DNA of 64,000 bases from Trichoplax sp. H2. Taxonomy: Eukaryota. Location: positions 62,001 through 126,000 of the forward strand of contig NOWV01000155.1 of NCBI GenBank assembly GCA_003344405.1. Reading direction: 5' to 3'. A program made the translations under genes and the position numbers. Shown piece after piece: positions 39,229 through 50,216 of this stretch. The notes under the pieces are model-generated. The model saw only the letters and a program-made list of their open reading frames with translations. It ran no database searches and was not told the DNA's origin. The first letter of the stretch is position 1, and each line of letters opens with the position of its first letter.

Positions 39229-40926
39229 TTAAACTTTTATCTTAATTAAATAGCGAAGCCGCACTTGGCTCTCTTTATAAACTAAGTATTCACTTTGGCT
39301 AAAGTAACTGTTATTGTACTGCGATCGAGTGATTGGTTTTCCTTGTGGTACAGTAACGGTTTTGCCATCAATTGTTATGGTAACATCCTTTTTAGGATCA
39401 GGTTCTGTCTTGCCTCGAGCAACAACGGAGTCATGGCCTTTAGGAGCAGCAATTAATGAACTATTATCTCTGGTAATAGAGTGTTCTTTACCTAAAGCCA
39501 CTTCAGCTAAAAACATAATACCAATATTTCTAGCTACCCCTATATAACCAATAGATTTACTATTCTCTGAAGCAAAATAAATGCCCTGACCGACTCTACC
39601 ACCACTGTGGGGCATAATACGTAGGCCACTTTTTAAGATTGCAGCAACAACAGCAACATTGGTTCCATGCCACAAAAGTCGACGATTTTGAATTTTATCA
39701 TGAGTAGCAAATCGTTGTCCTTCACCCTCTCTGTCAATTTCCCAAATTCCAAGGATATCTACCGGTTTACTACTATAATAATAGTGACCTCCTGTCTGTC
39801 TTAAGTATGTCTCGATCATCTTGTATGTCTCATCCTTGCGATCAACAACAGATAATCTAGCTTTGAGTGTCTTGTAATTGGCATCCAACGGATGATCAAC
39901 CACTTCAGCTTTACTCTGGTTCTCTTCCTTTTCTTTTTGTAAGCTTTGCGCAACAACAATATCTCCCAAAACAATTAGCATGTCTAACTTTTCTTGCAAA
40001 GTTTCCTGATTTCTTATCACAGGAGGTACTTGTCGACCAAAAGAGTGAGGAATAACCGTATAGAATTGAGATGATAACTGAGATAATACTAAGTTCGATT
40101 TTGCATTGGTAATGGCATCACGGATCTCTTCCAGGACGTCATAGCCACGAGCAATTTGCGCTTTACTTAACTTACCCAGTGGCATTTTTTTAGTATCAAT
40201 TTTAAAGGTTTCCATAGCTTCATTAAACATATCCTGATCAAAAATGAAGCTAACCAGCGATTGAGTTTGTTTATCAAGGGTACATGGTCGTACATTCTTA
40301 GTCGATACTGTGGCATCCTTCTTGACTACCACTTGTTCTTCTTCATCTTCTTGCTCGACCTCGATCAATGTATATTTACCAGAATGAGCGACAAAGTTAG
40401 CCCTATCGGACCAATTATTTTTTGTCTTGTCTTTAAATTTTTTATTAAAAGCACCCTCGGCGGAGCTAGTATCAGAAAATGGGCCCAAAAGAGCGTTCTG
40501 TCCATCTTCACCAACACGTCCCCATCGTGTCCAAACGTAATAAAAACGACCCTGTTGGACCATTTGAATCACATAATATTTATTGTTATTGCCACCAATA
40601 TTGGTTTGATTCAGCATACAATCGAAATCTTGATAGACTTCACAAGGACGAGGTCCGCTGTACAACTTATCCACCGTAGTTGATTTCTTCTGTTTGCTTG
40701 CAGAAGCATCCTTTTTAAATTCTTCAAAGGCTTCCTTAACCGTTTTAAGCTTTTTATCAGCGCTACCATTTTGATCATCTTCTTGCAATCGTAATGCTAA
40801 ATCGGCTTTTTTACCCGATTCATCCAGTCCACGTTTCTTGCATTCTTTCTTCAAATCAGTTACTTTTAATTTATTGTAATCCGTAGTAGAATCATCACTG
40901 GCTGCTGCTTTTCTTTTTCCAGGCAT
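39229..40926 (-). CDS. PARP3: PARP3-like ADP-ribosyltransferase with N-terminal SAP domain; single coding exon
   Basis: From ATG 40926: SAP (LKVTDLKKECKKRGLDESGKKADLALRL), WGR (LNQTNIGGNNNKYY...WGRVG), helical domain (MPLGKLSKAQI), catalytic LLWHGTN...MPHSGGRVGQGIYFASE...SEYLVY with H-Y-E triad. Confidence 0.93.
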   Translation of the reverse strand: MPGKRKAAASDDSTTDYNKLKVTDLKKECKKRGLDESGKKADLALRLQEDDQNGSADKKLKTVKEAFEEFKKDASASKQKKSTTVDKLYSGPRPCEVYQDFDCMLNQTNIGGNNNKYYVIQMVQQGRFYYVWTRWGRVGEDGQNALLGPFSDTSSAEGAFNKKFKDKTKNNWSDRANFVAHSGKYTLIEVEQEDEEEQVVVKKDATVSTKNVRPCTLDKQTQSLVSFIFDQDMFNEAMETFKIDTKKMPLGKLSKAQIARGYDVLEEIRDAITNAKSNLVLSQLSSQFYTVIPHSFGRQVPPVIRNQETLQEKLDMLIVLGDIVVAQSLQKEKEENQSKAEVVDHPLDANYKTLKARLSVVDRKDETYKMIETYLRQTGGHYYYSSKPVDILGIWEIDREGEGQRFATHDKIQNRRLLWHGTNVAVVAAILKSGLRIMPHSGGRVGQGIYFASENSKSIGYIGVARNIGIMFLAEVALGKEHSITRDNSSLIAAPKGHDSVVARGKTEPDPKKDVTITIDGKTVTVPQGKPITRSQYNNSYFSQSEYLVYKESQVRLRYLIKIKV

Positions 40927-41966
40927 GTTGATGTCGATTGATTGAAGAGGTTTCAAGGTATCCAAGATCGGCTAGACAGAGTTGAACAGCCACTTGTATA
41001 GCTCAATTTAACAATTTTCCAATGATGGAGAGCGTTAAATCCTGGCACATTGCCACACAACGTGAAGAAGAATGTCAACTTGCAGCCCTGATCACGCCCC
41101 TATTTATAATCTATGCCAGCTGGATTACCACAACACAGCGATGGAGGCGTTTGCAAATAGAGTCTATTGAACAGTGGCATCGCTCATTCATGGCTTTTGA
41201 CTTCTTACTGGATTCTATCCTATCTTGAAGAAGAAATTTGCATCTTATGTCGATGAAGAGCAGTCTCCATATCCATCATTTCAATTCAACCATGCCCATA
41301 CTCGATCCATTTTACCACCAAGATGAATGAGTATGCTAGCTGATCAACAGCAGGCAAGAGCTTGTGCGAGCCTGTCCAGCCATCTGGACGAGCTTGGACA
41401 AGCATGGATTGCGCATCTCATGAATTACAATACATTCTACTGTAAAGCAACATCCAGTTTTCTACGGTTTGTATGCGATTTTACAATACTTTGTGCTTTC
41501 ACAGTACTAAACACTGTGGAAACGCACTGTATCAATCACATGATCCATCGCCTTTAGACAATAGCCAAAGGCTTGACGTACTGTACATCAACGTTGCCAT
41601 GGTGAACGTTGACATAAGACAAGAAATTGACGAGATTTGTCTCAACCCGTAACGATGTACAACATTGGAAGAATGTCGAGGTGTGAATGGAGACAATTAC
41701 CTTAAGCTTCATGGAATGCATGTCCAAATTGTCCATGAGGCTGATCTAAAAGGGACCTAGTTCAATAATTGATCATGTTATCCATGTCCAATGTCCATGT
41801 AAGGAATGGCTTCTAGGTATCTTGTGGCTAGGCCATGGAATACTGCTCGAAAAAGACCTTAAATAGTGGGTCCTTGGCTAGTTACTGGATAATAATGGGC
41901 ACTGCGGTTGAAAATGAAAAATAATCATGTTATGAATGCCCATTTAAAGCACTGAAAGAGAAAGCT

Positions 41967-42560
41967 GATTGGCATCATTTACTGGGACCAGATGTACAAC
42001 CTATGTAGTAGGCAACGATTTTCAAGATTGCATGTTAACATAGGCACAGTACTATACTGCAGTGATAGCGCATTGGCATCATGTGCTGGGACCGGATGTA
42101 CATTGTACTGCGCAACCCATGCAGTAGACAACGATTTTCATGATCGCATTCGGATAAATGTATGTGCATAGTACTGCAGTAGGCAGCGATCTTCAAGATT
42201 GCATGTTAACATAGGCACAGTACTATACTGCAGTGATAGCGCATTGGCATCATGTGCTGAGAGCGGATGTACAACCTATGCAGTAGACAACGATTTTCAG
42301 GATCACATTCGGATAAATGTATGTGCACAGTACTGCAGTAGGCAGCGATTTTCAAGATTGCATGTTAACATAGGCACAGTACTATGCTGCAGTGATAGTG
42401 CATTGGCATCATGTGCTGAGACCGGATGTACAACCTATGCAGTAGACAACGATTTTCAGGATCGCATTCGGATAAATGCATGTGCACAGTCCTGTAGTTT
42501 TATAGCTCATTGGCATCATGTGCTGGGACCGGATGGACATGGTACAACCTATGCAGTAGA
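41967..42560. repeat. Tandem array, ~160-170-bp unit, about 3.5 copies, upstream of PARP3
   Basis: TTCAAGATTGCATGTTAACATAGGCACAGTACTAT... starts at 42021, 42192 and 42351, with partial flanking copies. Confidence 0.9.
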
Positions 42561-43624
42561 TCAATGTTGTGTGAATGGCTTGAGTAAAGATAGCTTAGCT
42601 GTTTTTGACAAAGCATGTAACATCCTTCATGTAGAGTAATTTAGATAAAGCTTGCAGCAAATCTAGGATACAGTGCTACAGGCTCAATCTACTGTAGACG
42701 AGTTCAAAGAAAGCTTCGAGTAAAAGAAAAACTTCCCTTCATTAAAATCAAATCAATGATATAGTGCCTGTAGAGTAGTTCAAATAAAGCTTCGAGCACA
42801 GTAATGTGCAGGAGTTGAAAGAAAACTTGCAAATTGCAACTAATAAATGATACAGTAGACAGTAAGTAAAATGGCCTTGTTGTAGCCTTTCTTGGCGCTC
42901 AATGGAAAGTAGTTCAAAGAAAGCGTTAGGGAAAATACGTGTAAATGATAGAGTGGTACTAGATGTTCAATGGACCGTACATGTACACATTGTACAACAG
43001 TAAACGCCTCATGCAAACTAATTGAAAGAAAGTTTCCATCAAATAAATGATACTGTAGTGGCGCTGTTGTAGCCATATCAAACGGTCAATCTAAAGGAGT
43101 TGCAAAGAAAGCTTACAAAACGCATTGCACAGTAGCTCAAATAAGGTTTCCAATATCATTTAGAGCTTTACTTGCACTTTCAATGCATGGATAATATCAC
43201 TACGAGCTGTAATATCATACCATTAGTACCAAACATACGTGATAATACCACCGTCATGGAAGCGAACTAAAGCATCAAGTAAATAAATGATTTCCCAACA
43301 CCAACATTGTTGATCGCTTCTTGTAGAGAACTTTATAATGACCGCGCTTCAGCCATTAGACCTACTACGGTCGCATCAACAACTAGTATACTAAAAAATG
43401 AGAATCCTGGCTAGTAACATACTATAGGTCATTCATATGTTTTTGCAAGGTCAAATGATTGTGCAGTCCATGGCTCACCAAAGACTCAAGTATACTGCTA
43501 TGAACTACTTACACATACCGTTCGAAAAATTATAATGATTCATTACGTACACTACTGTACATTAAATAATGATAGAATTAGCTTTTTAAATAACATAAAT
43601 ATTTAGAATTAATTCAACTCACCA

Positions 43625-45236
43625 ATAATAATACTGTAGGCTTGGCCAGGAACTGACCAGAAAATGGCCGCCATTTTAAAATAATAAATGGAATGCAATA
43701 ATCAGCGAAAATATCTTGATCCATTCTATTCGAATTAGACTAATAGGTTTGATTTGTACATGGGAATCGAATCGACTCAAAAGGTATACTGACCCTTTAA
43801 TCGTTCCTTGTTTATGAGACTATGTAGGGAAAATGAATATTTTCCCAACTATTTCAATTGCTGATATTTATCGATCGATCTTAGAATTCAATCTCAAGTG
43901 AAAGCCAATTTTCTAATTGCTCGTATAGTACTCTACCAGCCATAGATAGAGAAGACCTGGACCCACGCGAAAAATAATAACAAAAAGATAATAAAAGGAA
44001 ATAAAAAATATAACACTAAAAATCGAATATATACGCCGCGCGAGCGCAAAGAAATATATATATCGTTTCAACTCTGTAATTTTCTATATATTTTTATGCA
44101 ATAATGTATGCGCGATTCGCGATTATTGCATAAATATATATAGAAAATTNNNNNNNNNNNNNNNNNNNNATAATAATACTGTAGGCTTGGCCAGGAACTG
44201 ACCGGAAAATGGCCGCCAGTTTAAAATAATAAATGGAATGCAATAATCAGCGAAAATATCTTGATCCATTCTATTCGAATTAGACTAATAGCTTTGATTT
44301 GTACATGGGAATCGAATCGACTCAAAAGGTGTACTGACCCTTTAATCGTTCCTTGTTTATGAAACTGTGTAGGGAAAGTAAATATTTTCCCAACTATTTC
44401 AATTGCTGATATTTATCGATCGATCTTAGAATTCAATCTCAAGTGAAAGCCAATTTTCTAATTGCTCGTATACTACTTTACCAGCCATGACTTGAAGAAA
44501 TGAATAAATTATTATAATAAAGAATGGCGAGATACCTTTTGTCTTCTACCAATTTGACTTAATAACTACATTGCACAGTTGTAGAGTATGCTTTCCTCTC
44601 TAATGCTATATGCGTATATACAGCAGAGTTGCAGATCTACTGATATGTAGTAACTGTTTTAGCCTAATATTCTCTATTCGATAAACCAGCAATGCTAAAA
44701 GAAGAGAAATAATNNNNNNNNNNNNNNNNNNNNAACACTAAAAATCGAATATATACGCCGCGCGAGCGCAAAGAAATATATATATCGTTTCAACTCTGTA
44801 ATTTTCTATATATTTTTATGCAATAATGTATGCGCGATTCGCGATTATTGCATAAATATATATAGAAAATTACAGAGTTGAAACGATATATATATTTCTT
44901 TGCGCTCGCGCGGCGTATATATTCGATTTTTAGTGTTATATTTTTTATTTCCTTTTATTATCTTTTTGTTATTATTTTTCGCGTGGGTCCAGGTCTTCTC
45001 TATCTAGCCATGACTTGAAGAAATGAATAAATTATTGTAATAAAGAATGGCGAGATACCTTTTGTCTTCTACCAATTTGACTTAATAACTACATTGCACA
45101 GTTGTAGAGTATGCTTTCCTCTCTAATGCTATATGCTTATATACAGCAGAGTTGCAGATCTACTGATATGTATTAACTGTTTTAGCCTAATATTCTCTAT
45201 TTGATAAACCAGCAATGCTAAAAGAAGAGAAATAAT
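43625..45236. other. Probable assembly bubble: two haplotypes of one locus placed in tandem around two 20-N gaps (44150-44169, 44714-44733)
   Basis: 43625-43943 matches 44170-44488 (about 10 substitutions); 44489-44713 matches 45012-45236 (about 4). The gap-bounded middle piece lacks the palindromic insert. Confidence 0.8.
43944..45005. mobile_element. ~340-bp fold-back (palindromic) non-autonomous element with 6-bp TSD AGCCAT, split over 43944-44149 and 44734-45005
   Basis: Termini AGATAGAGAAGACCTGGACCCACGCG...CGCGTGGGTCCAGGTCTTCTCTATCT; AGCCAT at 43938-43943 and 45006-45011; empty site with a single AGCCAT at 44483-44488. Confidence 0.88.
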
Positions 45237-47341
45237 ATAGCCAATCTCCAGTTGAACTCAAGTCTATATCAGGGCTTTAGTTTAACAGCGGGCTGCAAGG
45301 CATAACTAGGGCAATTGCAAGTTATAAGTTTAATTTTTGTAAGGATTAATTAACCCAATACACTGTAGTTTAAAATTTCAGACCATATCTTAATTTCACG
45401 CTTCTGAGCTACTATACAGTATTATTAACCTTTAACAATGAGTCAAAAGCAATCTTTCATATCAGTTTAATATTGCTATGTTTGAATGTTATCATATAGT
45501 ATTATCTCCATAAGGTATTGCATAGTATATATCTTGCTGCCGTAGGATATTGGTATACTGATATAATGATATAAATTTATCATTTGTAGAACATGTTACA
45601 TGGGGCATATTTATCGTTATAGTAAATAACAACCGTTGCTATATACGCGTAAAGCCCTGATATTTAGAAATGAAGTGAGATCTGTTCTACAGGATTCAAG
45701 AGTTAAGTTGTATTACCCATTATGGTCTAACTCTTAACAAATATAAAAAATGAAATGAAACGATGTTATTGTAAGAATAAATCGAGTACACCATAGTTTG
45801 TATACTTGGGATCTTCCAACTAGATAGAGATAGAAGTTAAATGTGGTAAATGACTTCAAGTTTTGCTTTCAACTTGGAACGAACATTAATGTCTTCCACG
45901 AAATGAATCAAAAATACTAAAAAAATAAAAAAGTCATTTAGCAAACCTTAAGTTAAATCTTTATTACTGCTTTCGATTAGCGGCTCTATACAAGTATTAC
46001 AAATTGCCGCCAATTAATTAATTACTGGCATAATAAGTTTGATTTTTGTAAGATTCACTAATACACCTTACTGTAACTTCAAATTTGATGAAACTCTTTC
46101 TTCCTCATTTCTAAGCTACCACATAATTGTAAGAGGCAGAAATAGCAGCCATTTTATTCGCTTAAACATAAGTAGATCTTGACCATTTATTCCAATTTTA
46201 CGTAAAACTAATCGATCCCTCGCTCGTACATTTGTATACTATACTTGTACCTTCTACTTTACATGATATTGAGCGATATCATGGGTTGCGTTATTAAAAT
46301 CGATCAATGTAATTCAGGAGTATTCATTATGCTATAACTGATTGTGATATATCTCTATATGTAGTCTATTGATAGATACTAAAAAAGCGTCGTGTCATCG
46401 CCATATTAAAGTATCTGTCTATAAGCTGCATATAGTGTGCAATGTGTATTTCAACACACAGCTATGATTGGATAGATAGCTTATACTATAGCATTTGCAT
46501 GCTATAACTAGTTCGATTAAATTATGTACGTGCATAATATCATTATTATCCAAGAATAAATCAAAAATATCATGATTTTCATATGGAAGGCCTTAGATTG
46601 ACTTTAAAGTTGGTAAAACTAACTATTGCCGACCTACCTTTCAAACGTACGGCCAGAAAAAATGCCCTGCCAATACCAGTACTATAATCTGTTCAATATG
46701 TTTACAGCATATCTATATATGTATTATTTTCTTATTTGGAAATTCAATATTGAGGCATGTTTATTATTGTAATAATGATGTGTAGTAGTACACTGTTGTA
46801 AATTCGATCCCTTGCTCAATAAAAATTACACTTTGCGTACTTTACATTATCAATATGTCTATCATTGCCAAGGAAAAGTCAGTGCTGGTACAAGTTGTAC
46901 TACAGTATATGCCTTACTAAAGTTTAAAAACCCTAATCCCACCATACAATCTCTATCCTTACTAACAAATAGAATCACACTCAGATTACGCTACCAGAAT
47001 GAACGCAGTTTCTAAAATCATTCCATTTCTTTATTTGCAAACGCACATAGGCTGTAAAATGAAATAGATTGTTGCACATTGATAAGCGTAGAATGGTTAT
47101 AATTTACAATGACAGACTTTGATAAATATTAATCTCTTTTGCAGCGATATGCAATAATGTTGTAATGTAATATGAAATTTTCTCTCCAATGTACTTTCTA
47201 ATGATATAAAACTGCATTATTAAACAAACCATTTACAATACATAAAGTAGGATTTATTTCGGTATACTATATAAAACAACAACATCCGACATAGATCATA
47301 GCAATGTGGTATGTACGAGATTATTAAGAGCAATCATTGAA

Positions 47342-48739
47342 CTAGCTACAATGCTGTTCCTTGCTTCCTTCTGATTGTAATTCCATCGTATCCTTGGATT
47401 CTATTTCGATATAATTCCTACCGTTTAGAATATCTTCCTGGAAAGCATCATCAGTAGACAACAATAATTGAGCAATTGGTACTAATTCTTTATCAATGGA
47501 GTGTTTACTCAAAGACGAACATCTATACATGATTGTATCCAAAGAGCAGCTTAGTATTGCAGCATTTTCGGCAATAATTTGATGAGAATAACCCATTTTC
47601 TTTATTAAATAATCACATTTTCGTTGAAGAGAATTTTGACTGTGTCCTAAAATGGATGGATTGAGGTCGAACATCATTCTACTTTGCTTTTCCGTAAATT
47701 TGAGCTGAATTAATGAATGAAGTTGATTAGATAGAACTTCATGACCATGTTGCAGATAGGCAGGATTGGATACCCATATCCGGCGTATAAAGTCTATATC
47801 AATTCCTAAACTTTGATAATATCCTACTGTCTTGGCTAACGATTTTGTAGTCATTGCAAATGCTTTTGGATAGCGTAACATGATGAAACCTATCTCAGCA
47901 TTGGATAGCCTAAGCCAATGGTTCAACCAATTTGCAATATTAGCTATAGCAACGTAAGTTAATAGTAGTATTGAAGGATGATTCGATATTATATCTTGAA
48001 TGCTAGCTTTATCAGATTGATATAAACTAATCACGTCAATGACTTTTTTCAATTGTGGAATAGGTAACAATAAAATAGAAGTATGATGGGTGATTATATT
48101 ATTGATATCCAAAGGGCTTAGACCGTTATCCTTCAATAACTTCACCGTATGACGGAGATTTTGAGCGCCAACCAGAATTAATCGTGGACGCTTTATGATA
48201 ATATCCCATGCTTTAAATTTATTAAAATCGCGAGACTGTAAAAAGCTTAGTAGATTTTGGGCATCTGATTCTTGATACGTCAGAAGGAAAGAATGCTCGG
48301 AGAGTAGCTTACTCAATTTGCTTTCAGTTAAGCCTAAACTTTTAAGAAATACTAATCGAATCTTTAAAATATCTTCGTTCATGTTTAGAATTCGTGGTCT
48401 ATAAATGATCATTTGACAAATAGAACTCTTTTCTATACCTGCTTTCAATAATATCCTTATTTTTGGTTCAATGACGTCTAGCGACCAAATTATTCTATTG
48501 CGAAAAGTTTTATTTACTTTGCCGAGGTCGACACCTAATGATTGTAAATAGATTCTGCTTTGATCATCTAATGATGCATTTTTACCGGAGAAATAGGTAC
48601 GTCGTACTAAGACTATTGGATAGCATTGGGTGCATCGACTTCCAAGTAACTGCCCACAATGAGTATACATCGTTTTCTTAAACAGGTATCCAGTCATACG
48701 TGTAAAATTGGCTTGAAATAACGAGCCTATGATCAGCAT
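47342..48739 (-). CDS. mTERF-family mitochondrial transcription termination factor-like protein, intronless (start ATG uncertain)
   Basis: ~32-35-aa helical repeats with a conserved Pro (MIIYRPRILNM, IIIKRPRLIL, IISNHPSILLL, IMLRYPKAF, MFDLNPSILG) and FLKSLGL; basic, presequence-like N-terminus. Confidence 0.85.
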   Translation of the reverse strand: MLIIGSLFQANFTRMTGYLFKKTMYTHCGQLLGSRCTQCYPIVLVRRTYFSGKNASLDDQSRIYLQSLGVDLGKVNKTFRNRIIWSLDVIEPKIRILLKAGIEKSSICQMIIYRPRILNMNEDILKIRLVFLKSLGLTESKLSKLLSEHSFLLTYQESDAQNLLSFLQSRDFNKFKAWDIIIKRPRLILVGAQNLRHTVKLLKDNGLSPLDINNIITHHTSILLLPIPQLKKVIDVISLYQSDKASIQDIISNHPSILLLTYVAIANIANWLNHWLRLSNAEIGFIMLRYPKAFAMTTKSLAKTVGYYQSLGIDIDFIRRIWVSNPAYLQHGHEVLSNQLHSLIQLKFTEKQSRMMFDLNPSILGHSQNSLQRKCDYLIKKMGYSHQIIAENAAILSCSLDTIMYRCSSLSKHSIDKELVPIAQLLLSTDDAFQEDILNGRNYIEIESKDTMELQSEGSKEQHCS

Positions 48740-49736
48740 TGTGCCAGGAAAGTTTGCCTTCAACGATTACGTGTCAATTTCTACGTATTCTTGCTATCAT
48801 CCCTACTACCAGCTGATTTTATCCTACAATCTTGCAAAGTTCATTTAACACAATATTATGCATTTTTTTTTTCAATTGAAGGAGAATGAAGTCATTGTGC
48901 ATGACTACAGCAGTATCCTAGGGGGGAAATAAGCAAAGGGAATCAAAGATTACCTGATTCTATCCAGTCTGCAATCAACTTGCGACCATCATGGACATGA
49001 GCCAAACCACAAATCGGCACACTAAATGATCTCGTACCCACGTCGTCTACGTTCCAAGATGGAAGATGGCGTCAGTAGATGGCTAATACTAGTCTATCTT
49101 GTACAGCTACGATACTAACAATATTATCCTATACTAGAATAGTTATTCTGTATATCAAATTAGCCTATGCCACTTGGATCAGCTATGCAATACAGCCAAC
49201 GATGATTTATTTCAACACTTTGTGGAAGGATTTTCTACTGCAGCATGCTTCTGAGCTCGCTGTGGCTGCTTCGTAGGATAGTGTATGAAAGGGTAGTCTA
49301 CTCCTCTACAGGACTATATCGTGTAATACAGACTGACAAGATGGAAGGACATGGAGCTGATCAAGCCTAGTCTAGTTTTTCACACCCTACCAGTTAGCCT
49401 ACTGTAGCCAGTGATGGAAAGTAGTGTATGGGACCTACAAGTAGCAACAGGATGTGGAAAGGCAGTATGCTGCATTCAGCTGCGGCAGTCCAGCAGAGGT
49501 GCAAGCTAGCAGCTGCAAGTTCCAGCTTTCCAGCTCGAGAAATCGATCCAATTGGCAATAGTGGCGATAGTACAATATTATTCAATCGATGAGGATCAAC
49601 ATGCAACATTGAAAAGGGGAGAATACTAGCGAATTGATTGCTATACTACGCTACCAGTGGTAGACGGTTTTATTTTCTGGATAGGTGTGTGCTGCAATGA
49701 TATTGAGCGCATCCATTTTCAACGTGGAAGCTTAGC

Positions 49737-50216
49737 GACAGAGATCAAGAAAGAAAGCAACATTCAAGGAGCCTACAAGCAATCTAGAGGTATCACCAGG
49801 GACAAACGTTAGTCAACGCATTGGAAGTGATTTGTAATTGAAGCCATCGATCATCAGACGGAGATCGAGAAAGAAAGCAACATTCAAGGAGCCTACAAGC
49901 AATCTAGAGGTATCACCAGGGACAAACGTTAGTCAACGCATTGGAAGTGATTTGTAATTGAAGCCATCGATCATCAGACAGAGATCGAGAAAGAAAGCAA
50001 CATTCAAGGAGCCTACAAGCAATCTAGAGGTATCACTAGGGACAAACGTTAGTCAACGCATTGGAAGTGATTTGTAATTGAAGCCATCGATCATCAGACA
50101 GAGATCAAGAAAGAAAGCAACACCCAAGAAGCCTACAAGCAATCTAGAGGTATCACCAGGGACAAACGTTAGTCAACGCATTGGAAGTGATTTGTAATTG
50201 AAGCCATCGATCATCA
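49737..50216 (+). repeat. 120-bp x4 near-perfect tandem repeat ending at the start codon of the second mTERF gene
   Basis: Units start at 49737, 49857, 49977 and 50097 with few substitutions; the last A of unit 4 is the A of ATG 50216. Confidence 0.97.

Noticed and set aside
41715-41800. CATGTCC repeats as p53 response elements upstream of PARP3
   Set aside because: No full RRRCWWGYYY pair; only partial half-sites.
42199-42639. 146-aa Cys-rich repeat ORF
   Set aside because: Arises from the 159-bp tandem unit, starts at TTG, has no recognisable domain, and the preceding unit has a stop.
49737-50216. CRISPR-like or coding repeat
   Set aside because: Whole units repeat without spacers, and the frame of the downstream ORF contains stops.
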